Source: an uncultured Bdellovibrionales bacterium (GTDB lineage: Bacteria > Patescibacteriota > Minisyncoccia > Moranbacterales > UBA1568). Taken from it: a DNA stretch of 64,000 bases. The position numbers and the translations under genes are program-made. The notes under the pieces were generated by a model. The model had not been told where the DNA came from and searched no databases. It saw nothing but the letters and a program-made list of their open reading frames with translations. Location of the stretch: assembly GCA_964384235.1 (NCBI GenBank), contig CAYLJX010000001.1, positions 169,110 to 233,109 on the forward strand, written 5' to 3'. Positions within the stretch are counted from its first letter, which is position 1. Each line of letters begins with the position of its first letter. This document shows positions 35,510 to 46,026 of the stretch, piece by piece.

Positions 35510-36562
35510 TTACTGAAGGAGGGAACCGATGAAGCCCGCGTTCCCGCGCATGAATTCGGCGACGGACATCTTATCCTTGCCTTCGAGTTGGATCTCTTCG
35601 AGGAGAATGACGCCTGATCCGGACTGGACGCCGATCTTTTCCCCGAGTTCGAAGACTTCGCCTGTCCGATAGTGCGTCTCCGGGGTCTGTTTCTGAAAAG
35701 AGATCTGATGGAGTTTCAGGCGCAGGAGATCGTCGTCCTTTTTCCAAAAGGTGAAGATGCCCGGCCATGGGGAGAGCGCGCGGTAGCGGTTGTAGATCTC
35801 CTCGGCATCGTTCGTCCAGACGATCCGACCATCCTGGCGTTCGATGAGCTGGCAGAGGGTGGCCCCGTCGTTTTCCTGCTGTTGCGGCGTGATCCTCCGC
35901 TCCACCCAGAGCGGAATGGTTTCCAGGAGGAGTTCCCGTCCGATGTGGACGAGTCTCGCCGTGAGGTCCTCGCGCATCTCCGTGGGAAAGATCTCGATGC
36001 CTTTCTGGGCGAGGATGTCACCGGTGTCCATGCCTTCGTCCATCTGCATGATGGTGATACCGGTCGTCGTATCGCCGGAAAGGAGCGCGTTGTGGATGGG
36101 GGAGGCGCCGCGCCATCTCGGGAGGAGCGAAGCATGCACGTTGATGCAGCCGAAGCCAGGGATCTTCAGGAGTTCCTCGGGAAGGATTTTGCCGTAGGCG
36201 GCGACCACGATGAGGTCCGGTTTCCAGGCTCGTACCTTCTCGATGGCGGCTTCGTCGAGTTTCCCGGGCTGTTCAATCGGTAGATCGTGGGCCAAGGCGA
36301 GTGTTTTCACGGCGCTCTGCTCGATCTCTTTCTTGCGGCCGACGGGCTTGTCGGGTTTGGTCACGACGCCGACGATGTTGTACTCTTTCGTGATGAGACC
36401 CTCGAGCATCGAGGCGGCAAAGGCGGGCGTTCCCATGAAGACGACGCGGATCTTGGGGGTTTCCCGGTACGATGCTTCTTCTGTCCGGGGTTCTTCCTGA
36501 GGTGTCGTCTTTTTTTCTTGCACCGTCTGTCGTTTCTGACGGAACATGTCGAGGAAAGCCAT
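35510..36562 (-). CDS. fmt: Methionyl-tRNA formyltransferase, with about 40-aa N-terminal extension
   Basis: RVVFMGTPAFA, HASLLPRWRGASPI, and C-terminal Fmt domain. Confidence 0.9.
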   Translation of the reverse strand: MAFLDMFRQKRQTVQEKKTTPQEEPRTEEASYRETPKIRVVFMGTPAFAASMLEGLITKEYNIVGVVTKPDKPVGRKKEIEQSAVKTLALAHDLPIEQPGKLDEAAIEKVRAWKPDLIVVAAYGKILPEELLKIPGFGCINVHASLLPRWRGASPIHNALLSGDTTTGITIMQMDEGMDTGDILAQKGIEIFPTEMREDLTARLVHIGRELLLETIPLWVERRITPQQQENDGATLCQLIERQDGRIVWTNDAEEIYNRYRALSPWPGIFTFWKKDDDLLRLKLHQISFQKQTPETHYRTGEVFELGEKIGVQSGSGVILLEEIQLEGKDKMSVAEFMRGNAGFIGSLLQ

Positions 36563-36569
36563 AGGGGTT

Positions 36570-37049
36570 TTAGATTACCAATTTCTCTTTTGCTGTCTGT
36601 TTCTTGAAACGGTTGACGATGAGGATGCCGTTGAGATGGTCGATCTCGTGCTGGAGCACGATGGCGAGGAGACCGGTGGCGCGGAGCTTTTTCGGGAGAC
36701 CCTTTTCATTCAGGTACTTCACGGTGACCGTTTCCGATCGGATGATGGGGAAGAACTCTCCGGGGAGACTGAGACAGCCTTCCTCGAAGACGATCTTTTC
36801 CTGGGAGAAGGACGTTATCTCGGGATTGATGAAGTAACCGATCTTGCCATCGACTTCGGTGACGCATACCGCGATGGAACGGTCGATCTGCGGCGCGGCG
36901 AGACCGATGCCTTTCTCCTTGTGCATGGTCTCTACCATTTCCGGGAGGAGGGCTTGGATCTCGGGACTCTGCGGATCTTTGACCTTTTCGGTCTTTTTGA
37001 GAAGCACCTTGGTGGTGGCGCCGGTGATGAGTGTGAGCATAGGAGTCAT
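36570..37049 (-). CDS. def: Peptide deformylase
   Basis: GIGLAAPQ, EGCLSLPG and HEIDHLNG motifs. Confidence 0.95.
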   Translation of the reverse strand: MTPMLTLITGATTKVLLKKTEKVKDPQSPEIQALLPEMVETMHKEKGIGLAAPQIDRSIAVCVTEVDGKIGYFINPEITSFSQEKIVFEEGCLSLPGEFFPIIRSETVTVKYLNEKGLPKKLRATGLLAIVLQHEIDHLNGILIVNRFKKQTAKEKLVI

Positions 37050-38998
37050 GTCAGCGAAAGCGGATCGACGTCTATGATGAGATCCTTGTTGTGTCTCACG
37101 AGGAGCGAGCGAAGCGGAGGAAACAAGGAAGTGTCGTTCGGGATACGGATGAGGATCTGGCTTCGGAAGGTTCCTGACCGTTTGACGGCGACCGGGGGAA
37201 GGGGTGGGGCGATGCGGAGTGCAGGTTCTTTTTTCGCGAGAGATTCCAGCTCTTCAAAAAGTCGTGAGGCCTTTTCTTTGGTTTTTTCTTCCGAAGTGTC
37301 CTGCAAAAAGACGCTTATGAGTCTGGCAAACGGCGGATACCGGAGGGATTCCCGTTCGGCGAGGATCCGTTCGGTAAAGGTCTCCTGTGTTTCGCCGGTT
37401 ATCCGTTGAAAAAAGGTGCTTTCCGGATGGAAGGTCTGAACGATCACCTTGCCCGTGGGAGCGACCCGTATCCTTGCTCTCAGGATGTCCTGGAAGAGCC
37501 GTTCGTCGGCCCGAAAATCGGGAAAAGAAAGCAAACTGTCCGCGTCAATCATAGCAACGAGCGAGAGTTTGGGCAAGTCCGGACCCTTGAGGATCATCTG
37601 GGTTCCGATGAGGATATCAACCGTTCCGGAGGCGATTTTTTCATACAGTTTTTCTGCCGCTCCGGGCTTTTTCATGGTCGATCCGTCGGCCCGGAAAACT
37701 TTGGCTCCCGGGAAGAGTCGGAGCACCTCTCGTTCGATGCGCTCCGTACCGAAACCGATGTGCCGAAACGACAGGTGGCCGCACTGCGGGCAATTCGGGA
37801 AAAGACTGGTCCGATATCCGCAGGAGAGGCAGTGGAACGACCCATCCCTGTTGCCGATGAGGGCGTGGCCGCAGTCGGGGCAGCGGAAAAGCGTCCGGCA
37901 GCGTTCGCACACGGAAAAAGCGGAGAGTCCCTGACGGTTGATATAGAGGAGGGCCTGCTTCTTTTCGGTGAGGACAGTACGAAGGTCGGCGATGAGTTCT
38001 TCCGAGAGAGGGGAATAGTTTTTCCGGTAGCGTTCCAGCCGGAGGTTGACGACCGAGAGATTGCCGAGAGCAGAAGGTTTCTTCGGTGTCACATCGGTGA
38101 TCGTGCCGTCCTTGATTCTCTGGATGCTTTCTACGCTCGGCGTCCGTGATGTCAAAAGAAGCTTTGCTTGAGTGAAATGAACGAGAGTCGTCGCGACGCG
38201 CCTGCCATCGTAGCGCGGGCTCATGTCCCACTGCTTGTAACTCCCGTCCTGTTCCTCGGTCATGACGATGGTCCCGAGCTTCTGAAACGGCGCGAAGAGA
38301 CTCTGGCGCGTCCCGATGACGACCTTGGCCTCGTCTTGTCGGATGCGCTCCCATGCGCTGTAGAACGGACCGTCGGCGAGCCTGCTGTGAAGGATGGCGA
38401 TCTCGTCTTTTTTGAAAAGATTCGAGAACGTTTCAAAGAGCGGGGGAATGAGTGTGAGCTCCGGCACGAGGATGAGGATCTGCTGTTTTTTGACAATCCC
38501 TTTTTTGGCAATGAGGGCCAAGATTCTCGCTTCGTCAGAAAAGGAAGACGTGTCAAGGAACGCAGTGCCTCCCCGGGAGAGACGATCGAAACGCTCCAAT
38601 ATTTCCTTTTCACTCTTCGTCGCAGTGAGCGTCTTTCTTTTTTTCTCGGTCACGACTGGTCGTTTTCTCTCCTTGGTCTGTTTTGGAATGAAGTGCTTCA
38701 GCGTCTTCCCGAGCGGTGTGAAATATTCCTCGCTTATCCATTCGGCAAGTTTCAGCTGCGTCTCCGTGAGAAATTCCGGAGAGAGGACCTTGGTGATGCG
38801 CTTCATCCAGTGCGGCGGACGTCCCGGAAGCGGTGTGCAGTCGGAAACGATTCCCTGGAGTTTCTGTCGGCCGAAGGGGATGGCGACCAGCGTGCCGGGA
38901 GCGACCGGTTCGTCCGAGAGGTAGCTGAAAAACGGCGATCGGCCCAGGGGGAGGATCGAGAGCGGCGCGACTTCCAGGCGGTAGTGAGAGGTATTCAT
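37046..38998 (-). CDS. priA: Primosomal protein N' (replication restart helicase PriA)
   Basis: DEAD/DEAH helicase core plus Cys-rich zinc-binding insert (CERCRTLFRCPDCGH...CLSCGY...CPQCGH). The ATG at 38998 has SD GAGGT; an alternative ATG lies at 39007. Confidence 0.9.
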   Translation of the reverse strand: MNTSHYRLEVAPLSILPLGRSPFFSYLSDEPVAPGTLVAIPFGRQKLQGIVSDCTPLPGRPPHWMKRITKVLSPEFLTETQLKLAEWISEEYFTPLGKTLKHFIPKQTKERKRPVVTEKKRKTLTATKSEKEILERFDRLSRGGTAFLDTSSFSDEARILALIAKKGIVKKQQILILVPELTLIPPLFETFSNLFKKDEIAILHSRLADGPFYSAWERIRQDEAKVVIGTRQSLFAPFQKLGTIVMTEEQDGSYKQWDMSPRYDGRRVATTLVHFTQAKLLLTSRTPSVESIQRIKDGTITDVTPKKPSALGNLSVVNLRLERYRKNYSPLSEELIADLRTVLTEKKQALLYINRQGLSAFSVCERCRTLFRCPDCGHALIGNRDGSFHCLSCGYRTSLFPNCPQCGHLSFRHIGFGTERIEREVLRLFPGAKVFRADGSTMKKPGAAEKLYEKIASGTVDILIGTQMILKGPDLPKLSLVAMIDADSLLSFPDFRADERLFQDILRARIRVAPTGKVIVQTFHPESTFFQRITGETQETFTERILAERESLRYPPFARLISVFLQDTSEEKTKEKASRLFEELESLAKKEPALRIAPPLPPVAVKRSGTFRSQILIRIPNDTSLFPPLRSLLVRHNKDLIIDVDPLSLT

Positions 38999-39260
38999 AT
39001 ACCTCATTTTAGCACGAAACAGCCTTTATTTTTCTCTTTATAAAATCGCCGTTTTAATATTTCTCCCTTCAGAAATCAGCATTTTCTTTCTCCGGCTGAC
39101 GTCGGTCACATGTGCGACGAGCAAGCCGGTAACGGTCGAGCGTGACGGATGGTCTCGACAGGACAGCTCCCCGTTCGGCAGAGTGAGTCGGACATGTTCG
39201 ACGGAAGGAAAGGGAAAGAAAAGGGATTGATTTTCTGAAGGGTATTCTGTGCCAATATAT

Positions 39261-39289
39261 TTGATTTTTTGGCTTCTTTAAGCTATGAT
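39261..39289 (+). promoter_or_regulatory. Promoter (TTGATT-17-TATGAT) of the 2H-phosphoesterase gene, predicting a leaderless transcript
   Basis: The -10 overlaps the first ATG of the track ORF (39285); the next ATG at 39300 lies about 3-4 nt after the predicted TSS. Confidence 0.45.
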
Positions 39290-39299
39290 TGGCATATAT

Positions 39300-39851
39300 A
39301 TGAACAAACGTCGCCTTTTTGTTGGTATTTCTCTCTCCGAAGCGCTCAAGAAGCGCCTTGTGAGGGATATGTCTGCCTGGACTCCCGCCAAAGAAGCCCT
39401 GATCCTGACCGTCCCGGACAATCTCCATGTCACGCTCTTTTATCTCGGCTTCGTCGAGGAGGAGGAAGTCCCGGAGGTCTGCCGCAAGGTAGGGGAGGCC
39501 TCTCAGGGTATCCCGTCATTCGAGCTCACCTTTACCGAAATGGCGCTCGTCGACGGTCCCGAACACCCCAAGATGATTTGGCTCACCGGAGAGCCGAGTG
39601 AACCGCTCAAAAATCTTCGCGAAGCGGTAGAGAAAACGTTCTCGTCGTTTGTCGCCTCGAAAAAATCATTCCGTCCGCATGTGACGCTGGCCAAGATCAA
39701 GAAGGCCAAGTGGCAGAAACTTCCCGAGAAACCGAAACTCAAAGACGGAGTGCTTTTCGTCGATCCGGTAGAGAGTATTTCTGTCTTCGAGAGTCTCTCG
39801 ATCAATGGCAAGCGCCGCTACGAAGCGATTGATACGTTCCCGTTGCAGTGA
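39300..39851 (+). CDS. thpR: RNA 2',3'-cyclic phosphodiesterase / 2'-5' RNA ligase family (2H phosphoesterase, ThpR/LigT-like)
   Basis: Two H-x-T-x motifs (HVTLFYLG and HVTLAKI). N-terminus MNKRRLFVGISL resembles ThpR M..RLFxAI. Confidence 0.8.
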   Translation: MNKRRLFVGISLSEALKKRLVRDMSAWTPAKEALILTVPDNLHVTLFYLGFVEEEEVPEVCRKVGEASQGIPSFELTFTEMALVDGPEHPKMIWLTGEPSEPLKNLREAVEKTFSSFVASKKSFRPHVTLAKIKKAKWQKLPEKPKLKDGVLFVDPVESISVFESLSINGKRRYEAIDTFPLQ

Positions 39852-39896
39852 GTAGTTTGTAGTGAGTAGGGAAATAGAAGAAAGAAAACAAACAGG

Positions 39897-40655
39897 ATGA
39901 ACATATTGGGTGTTCCGATAGACAATATTTCGCGAGAAGAAACTCTCGATTGCGTCTGTATCTTTTTAGACGAACCGAAGTTTCACCGTATCGCGACGGT
40001 CAATCCGGAGTTTTTGTTGCTTGCTGAAAAAGACCCGGCTTTCCGGCAGTCGCTTCTTAACGCCGATCTCCGTATCGCGGATGGCTTCGGTATCGTGATT
40101 GCCGGACTCTTACGAGGCGAACGCATCACGCGCTTTCCCGGAGCGGATCTGATGGAAGAGATATTGCGAATAGCCAACGAAAAACATCTTTCCGTTTTCC
40201 TTGCCATCAGAAAAGACGGACTCTCTTCGTATGAAGAAGTTCGTTCAGCTATCTTGAAAAAATATCCGAATATCCTTATCGGTGGAGAGAACATGGACGT
40301 GTATCATGTATCAAGTATTAAGTATCAAGTATACGAGATACATAATACGAAATACGATATACTCTTTTGCAATTTCGGCGCCCCAACCCAAGAACTTTTC
40401 CTTTCCGATTTGAAAAACAATCCCGGGAATATCCGTCTCGCGATGGGCGTTGGAGGAAGTTTCGACTATCTCACTGGCAAGGTACGCCGCGCCCCGCAGT
40501 GGCTCCGCATGATCGGTCTCGAGTGGCTCTGGCGTCTCATTCTGCAACCAAATCGCTGGAAACGCATATGGAACGCAGCGGTTGTTTTCCCGGTGAAAGT
40601 AGTATTGATGAAATTTAAAAGCCGTCCTGGTGGTTCCACCGGGACGGCCTGCTGA
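39897..40655 (+). CDS. WecG/TagA/CpsF-family glycosyltransferase (GT26; UDP-ManNAc-type transferase)
   Basis: PEFLLLA, IADGFGIV and FCNFGAPTQELF motifs; same length as WecG across the region encoded by the AT-rich heptamer tract. Confidence 0.75.
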   Translation: MNILGVPIDNISREETLDCVCIFLDEPKFHRIATVNPEFLLLAEKDPAFRQSLLNADLRIADGFGIVIAGLLRGERITRFPGADLMEEILRIANEKHLSVFLAIRKDGLSSYEEVRSAILKKYPNILIGGENMDVYHVSSIKYQVYEIHNTKYDILFCNFGAPTQELFLSDLKNNPGNIRLAMGVGGSFDYLTGKVRRAPQWLRMIGLEWLWRLILQPNRWKRIWNAAVVFPVKVVLMKFKSRPGGSTGTAC

Positions 40656-40877
40656 GATTGTCTTTTTTTGACTTTGAGGATTTTCCTCAGGAGTCTCAGC
40701 TACGGGTTTGCCGAAGCCCTCTCCTTGCCGGGTTGAATGCCCGACAGATTCACCTTCGATCCATAGCAATCTCCTTTTTAGGTACGATTTTACATTATAC
40801 ACCTTTTTATAGGTTATGTCAATACTTGTGTTTTGGCTTGAAATAGGGGATTATAGAGATACTATTGAACGACAACT

Positions 40878-42416
40878 ATGGAAAAAAATGTAAGAGTTCG
40901 TTTCGCGCCGTCGCCAACGGGGTACCTCCATGTCGGGGGACTACGTACCGCGCTGTACAATTATCTTTTTGCCAGGAAAAACGGCGGGACGTTCATCCTG
41001 CGTATCGAGGATACCGATCAGAAACGTTTCGTCCCGGGCGCGGTCGAGAATCTTGTAAACGTTCTTACCGAGATGGGTCTTGCTCCGGATGAGGGAGTAC
41101 ATGAAGAGGCAGAGGTTGGAGAATTCGGGCCGTATATCCAGTCCAAGCGTCTTGATATTTACAAAGAACACGCCGAGCAGCTTATCAAGAACGGCAAAGC
41201 GTACCATTGTTTCTGTTCCGCGGAACGGTTGGAACAAGTGCGCGAAGAACAGACCAAGAACAAGCAGGCGCCCAAATATGACAAGCGCTGCCTCTCTCTT
41301 TCCGCCGACGAAGCGCAGGCGAAACTCGCAAACGGCGAACCGTATGTCATCCGTCTCAACGTGTCGGAAGAAAGAGGCGAGGTTGCGTTCGGCGATCTCG
41401 TGCGAGGCGAAGTGAAGATCCATGCGAAAGACATCGACGATCAGGTACTTATGAAATCGGACGGGTTCCCGACGTACCACCTCGCGAACGTCGTCGACGA
41501 TCACCTGATGGCGATCTCGCACGTCATCCGTGGCGAGGAGTGGTTGCCGTCGACGCCCAAGCATATCCTCCTTTATGAGGCGTTCGGTTGGGAACAGCCG
41601 CAGTTCGCGCATATCCCGCTCCTTCTCAATCCTGACAAGAGCAAGCTCTCCAAGCGTCAGGGTGATGTGGCGGTCGAAGACTATCTCAAGAAAGGGTATC
41701 TCAAAGAATCGCTCATCAACTTTGTCGCGCTCCTCGGGTGGAATCCGGGGCAGGGGAGCACGCAGGAAATTTTTTCTTTGGAAGAATTGGAACAGGTGTT
41801 TGATCTCGGAAACGTTCACAAGGCCGGAGCGGTCTTTGATCAGAAGAAGCTCGATTGGATGAATGCGGAGTATATCAAGCGGTTGTCCGTTGAGGAACTC
41901 TATGAACGCTCAATCCCGTTCTTGAGTGAGAAGGATTTTTTCAAGGAATGGAACAGCCAGCCCGCCCGACACGCTGACGCGAGTCATGCGGGCGGGCAGT
42001 CAACAGTCAACGAGGAATCTAAGGCTGGTTTTATCAAGAGAGTCCTCACCATCGAGCAAGAGCGTCTGACGAAACTCTCAGATGTCGGCGAACAGAACCC
42101 GTTTTTCTTTGCGAGCGATCTCTCATATGACACGGCGCTTCTCAATTGGAAGGAGAACACGGCCGATATGACCAAGGCATCACTCGTCCGGGCGGAGGAA
42201 GTGCTTGCGAACGTGAGTGAAGAAGAATGGACGAGAGAACATCTGGAAACACTCCTCATGGAAGCCGCTGGCGACAAAAGAGGGGATTTCCTCTGGCCGC
42301 TTCGCGTGGCGCTCACCGGTGCACAGAAGTCCCCTTCGCCCTTCGATGTGGCGTGGGTCCTTGGGAAGAAAGAAAGTCTCAGACGCGTTCAGGAGGCGAT
42401 ACGGAGGCTCTCTTAA
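40878..42416 (+). CDS. gltX: Glutamyl-tRNA synthetase
   Basis: VRVRFAPSPTGYLHVGGLRTALYN (HIGH region), KLSKR (KMSKS), and C-terminal anticodon-binding domain. Confidence 0.93.
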   Translation: MEKNVRVRFAPSPTGYLHVGGLRTALYNYLFARKNGGTFILRIEDTDQKRFVPGAVENLVNVLTEMGLAPDEGVHEEAEVGEFGPYIQSKRLDIYKEHAEQLIKNGKAYHCFCSAERLEQVREEQTKNKQAPKYDKRCLSLSADEAQAKLANGEPYVIRLNVSEERGEVAFGDLVRGEVKIHAKDIDDQVLMKSDGFPTYHLANVVDDHLMAISHVIRGEEWLPSTPKHILLYEAFGWEQPQFAHIPLLLNPDKSKLSKRQGDVAVEDYLKKGYLKESLINFVALLGWNPGQGSTQEIFSLEELEQVFDLGNVHKAGAVFDQKKLDWMNAEYIKRLSVEELYERSIPFLSEKDFFKEWNSQPARHADASHAGGQSTVNEESKAGFIKRVLTIEQERLTKLSDVGEQNPFFFASDLSYDTALLNWKENTADMTKASLVRAEEVLANVSEEEWTREHLETLLMEAAGDKRGDFLWPLRVALTGAQKSPSPFDVAWVLGKKESLRRVQEAIRRLS

Positions 42417-42466
42417 GCCATTGTGGTACAATGTAAGATGCTACAGTCTTTTCGAGCATCTTTTTC

Positions 42467-43741
42467 ATGTCCCTCAGACAGAACAAATACCACATTCTCT
42501 CAGCTGTTACTTTGGCGCTCCTCGCAAGCGGTGCGCTTTCTTTTGCTATCGTCCGGGCAGAGAGCAGTAGCGTGACGGAACTTTCCAAAGAGGCCAAGGA
42601 AGCCATCGAAGACAAACAGGACCAGCTTGACGCCATCAATGCCAAGATCAAGGCTTACAGGCAGATCATCGACCTGAAACAGCGCCAGGGATCGACCCTT
42701 GGCGATCAGATCGCGTCTCTCGGTGCGCAGGCGGACAAGCTCCAGCTCGAGATAGACGAGAACAAGAAGCAGTTGGATGAACTGAGCAGCGGCATCCAGA
42801 ACCTTTCCGCCCGTATCGCCGAGAAGGAAGCGCTCATCGTCAGTCAGAAGCGGATCCTTTCGGAACTCATGCGCTCCTATTACAACGACGCGACCTATCG
42901 CGCCGTGCCATTCCTGTTTTCTTCGGGGGAAGCGGACACGTATTTCAATCAGGATGAGTGGGGGAGTGAGGTGAGCGACAAGGTGCGCGAAGTGCTCGGG
43001 ACCGTCAAGTCGCTCCGGGAGAGTCTTACGGCGGAACATACGGACCTCTCTCGCAAGAAATCCGAGCGTGACACGATCCAGCTGCAGCTTACGGAGCGCA
43101 ACGACTCCCTGGAAAACGCCAAGGAAAACAAGGAACAGCTCCTGAGGAAAACGCAGGCCGAGGCGGCCAAGTACGACAACCTGGTGGATCAGTTGCAGAA
43201 AGAGCGGGAGGAGATCGAGAGTGAGATCGAGGATCTGGAATCGAGCAAGATCGGCGACCTCAACCTCAAGGACATGCCGGCCTTCAAACGCGGCCTTCTC
43301 GAGAATCCCCTCAAGAAATTCACCATCAGTCAGCGATACGGCAAGACGAGTTTCTCCAAGACCGCCTACAAATCCGGCAAGCACAACGGCATCGACTTCG
43401 CCGCGCCCTCCGGGACACCGGTGTATGCCCCACTTGGCGGCAAGGTGATCGGTGTCGGAAACCTGGGCCGCTATGCCTACGGCCGGTGGATCGCCATCGA
43501 CCACGGCAACGGTCTGGTGACGCTTTATGGCCATCTCTCCTCGCAGAACGTGAGTGTCGGGAAAAAGGTGAGTACCGGGGACAAGATCGGCGCGGTCGGC
43601 TCCACCGGATTCTCCACGGGTCCGCATCTCCACTTCACGGTCTTCTCGGCCAAGTCGTACGAGGTCGTGCCTTCCTCGACGGTCAAGGGACTACGTATCC
43701 CTATTGGCGCCACGGTCAACCCGGCAGTGTATCTTCCCTGA
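42467..43741 (+). CDS. M23-family metallopeptidase with N-terminal coiled-coil (EnvC-like murein hydrolase/activator)
   Basis: Signal/TM, about 250 aa coiled-coil, then LytM domain ([22 protein letters not shown]...GHLSS...[13 protein letters not shown]). Confidence 0.85.
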   Translation: MSLRQNKYHILSAVTLALLASGALSFAIVRAESSSVTELSKEAKEAIEDKQDQLDAINAKIKAYRQIIDLKQRQGSTLGDQIASLGAQADKLQLEIDENKKQLDELSSGIQNLSARIAEKEALIVSQKRILSELMRSYYNDATYRAVPFLFSSGEADTYFNQDEWGSEVSDKVREVLGTVKSLRESLTAEHTDLSRKKSERDTIQLQLTERNDSLENAKENKEQLLRKTQAEAAKYDNLVDQLQKEREEIESEIEDLESSKIGDLNLKDMPAFKRGLLENPLKKFTISQRYGKTSFSKTAYKSGKHNGIDFAAPSGTPVYAPLGGKVIGVGNLGRYAYGRWIAIDHGNGLVTLYGHLSSQNVSVGKKVSTGDKIGAVGSTGFSTGPHLHFTVFSAKSYEVVPSSTVKGLRIPIGATVNPAVYLP

Positions 43742-43798
43742 AATCCAGTTTTTCGGTTAACGAGTTACGGGTTAACGGGTTATAGCTCACTCTTTTTT

Positions 43799-44566
43799 AT
43801 GGCTGTAAAGAAAAATGCATATCCTCTCCGCACTCGTTTTGCCAAGGACATCGTTGCGGAGGTCTTGTTCCCCGAGAGGCAGCAGGGGAAAGTGGTGATC
43901 GTTTGTACGGGACTACCCTCCTCGCCGTTCAAGCAAGAGTTCTTACGATTTCTCGCGGGACAGGGATATGTCGCTATCCTGCCACGCTATCGTGGCACAT
44001 GGGAAAGCGGGGGAATGTTTTTGGAAAAATCCCCGGCCCGGGATATCGCTGACGTGATCGAGGACCTTGTGAAACACAAAGCGATTAAGGATCTTCGGAC
44101 CGATGAAGCGATCGGTGTTCGTGTCTCAGCGATCCATCTCTTCGGGTCGTCGTTCGGCGGTCCGGCCGCGCTCCTTAATTCACGGTTTCCTATCGTCAAG
44201 AAGATTATCGCGACCGCTCCCGTCATCGATTGGAAACAGGAAGGGGAGGACGAACCCTTTCATCCGCACGTGCGGTTCGTAGAGAGGGGATTCGGCGGCG
44301 CCTATCGTGTCCGGCGACCAGGCGATTGGGACAAGCTCATCAAGATGGATTTCTATAATCCCCTCTCACATACGAAAAATATCGACGGGCGTAAGATTTT
44401 CATTATCCATGCCAAGGACGATCGGATTGTCCCGTATGGGCCGCTTCTCGAATTTGCCGAAAAGACCGGTGCGCAATATTATCTCAAACCCAAAGGTGGA
44501 CACGGTCTCAAGATCTCTCACAAGTTTCTCTGGAAGAAAATCGACGCGTTCCTGAAGAAGAAGTGA
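43799..44566 (+). CDS. Alpha/beta-hydrolase (dienelactone hydrolase/S9-like)
   Basis: Nucleophile elbow GSSFGG; HAKDD..VP; terminal GGHGL. Confidence 0.7.
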   Translation: MAVKKNAYPLRTRFAKDIVAEVLFPERQQGKVVIVCTGLPSSPFKQEFLRFLAGQGYVAILPRYRGTWESGGMFLEKSPARDIADVIEDLVKHKAIKDLRTDEAIGVRVSAIHLFGSSFGGPAALLNSRFPIVKKIIATAPVIDWKQEGEDEPFHPHVRFVERGFGGAYRVRRPGDWDKLIKMDFYNPLSHTKNIDGRKIFIIHAKDDRIVPYGPLLEFAEKTGAQYYLKPKGGHGLKISHKFLWKKIDAFLKKK

Positions 44567-44599
44567 GTGTTATATTTTTCTTTCAATTTTTTGAGACAA

Positions 44600-44646
44600 G
44601 ACTCCCCCGGCACATTTTGCAAAAACGGGGGAGTCTGGTTTTTTAT
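44600..44646 (+). terminator. Rho-independent terminator after the hydrolase gene
   Basis: GACTCCCCCG ... CGGGGGAGTC followed by TGGTTTTTTAT. Confidence 0.75.
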
Positions 44647-45246
44647 ACCGGTTAAGAAAGTAATATAATCCTACGACCGTGGAATTATGACACTTTTTGT
44701 GACAGATGGAATGAAGAGAGTGGAATGGGTCGGGAAGGAGATATATATCGATGTACCTTGGAATATCCAAAACGTCCCAGAACGCAAAATTTGAAGTCGT
44801 TTGGGGAATGGAAAGAAGCCGAGAGGTTTTTCTTCAAGGATTCTTTTTATTCAAGGCTTTTCAGATTAATATAATGTCGCATAAGTTACATTATGCGACG
44901 TTGTATACAAACTAAAGACAAGTACAATTGGCGATGAAAAATTCTTTCAAAACGCAATCATCCTCTCCTGATGACCGCTGGTGATGACTCTTTCCCCCTG
45001 CCGATGCCTGGTAAATTTTAGCGGGTGAATTTTTTGAAAAAAAATAATTTCAAAATAAAAAGTTTAAAATATTCCGGCTCCCCCGAAGATTGGAAAAGAA
45101 TTGAAAAGCCGGGAGCGATCATGAGAGATCGGTCCCGGTCTTCTTATTCTTGTGATGCATCATACAATCTAATGCTCATCCTAATGTTCATCTGATGCTT
45201 CTGGGGTTTGTTCCGATGTGTGGAAGTGTCGACGGATGTCCTGTTC

Positions 45247-46026
45247 TTAAGTCGTCGAAATCCCGTTCACTCGGTAGTCCCGTTCCACCCCGTTCTGCTT
45301 GAGTGGACGAAGCGCCTGGTCTGCGATGTCCTTCGCTCGTTCGTAGATATCGCAGAGTCTGTCACGGGAGGAAACGCGGAGAGTGCCCACTCCGCCGCTG
45401 GTTCCTACCCTGACCATGTTTCTGCCGTCTTGCTGTCTGCCGCCGAACACGAGCCGCGAATCGTTCCGGAGTGATTCCGTGAACGCGGTTGTGATGCGTA
45501 TGCCTTCGTCATGATCGATGCCCGGGAGGATGACAATGAACTCATCCCCTGCGCGGTTGGATCGCCCGACGAGATTTTTGCGGTCTTGGAAATGCTCGCC
45601 CAATATCTGCGCGAAGGTACGGAGTGCTTCGTCTCCCGTACCGTGTCCGTGTGTATCGTTCACTTGCTTGAAGTGATCGAGATCGAAATAGACGAACGTG
45701 ACGACGATGGAGTCGTCTTCTGCACCTGCATTGCGTAATCCGCGAAAAAGTCTTGATACGTAGGATTTGAACGCCTGCTGCAGTCCGTACTCGTTCAGGA
45801 TCCCGGTGAGATAATCGTGTTCCAACTTATCCCGGATTTCCTGATTGCGACGCTGCAGCCGATCGTTGCCTTTCTGGAGTTCATCGATTTTTCCTTTCAG
45901 TCTGATGTTCTCCAGTGAGGTGACAACGAAGCCTCTTTGAAGCTCGCATGAACGACAATCGCGCCCGTTGACGATCCCGACAGTCTTACAGGACTTGCTG
46001 GGTGTCCGAGGTTTGAGAGGATTCAT
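45247..46026 (-). CDS. GGDEF-domain protein (diguanylate cyclase-like) with AGDEF variant active-site motif and an N-terminal Cys-cluster/coiled-coil
   Basis: DLDHFKQVND..HG.GDEALR...RSNRAGDEFIVIL; N-terminal C-x8-C-x2-C; SD AAAGGAAC. Confidence 0.8.
   Translation of the reverse strand: MNPLKPRTPSKSCKTVGIVNGRDCRSCELQRGFVVTSLENIRLKGKIDELQKGNDRLQRRNQEIRDKLEHDYLTGILNEYGLQQAFKSYVSRLFRGLRNAGAEDDSIVVTFVYFDLDHFKQVNDTHGHGTGDEALRTFAQILGEHFQDRKNLVGRSNRAGDEFIVILPGIDHDEGIRITTAFTESLRNDSRLVFGGRQQDGRNMVRVGTSGGVGTLRVSSRDRLCDIYERAKDIADQALRPLKQNGVERDYRVNGISTT

Noticed and set aside
44570-44770. Small ORFs in the AT-rich block (66-aa minus-strand ORF; 35-aa plus-strand ORF at about 44688)
   Set aside because: No RBS, no recognisable domain, and codon usage unlike neighbouring genes. 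They are mentioned only as part of the AT-rich region finding.
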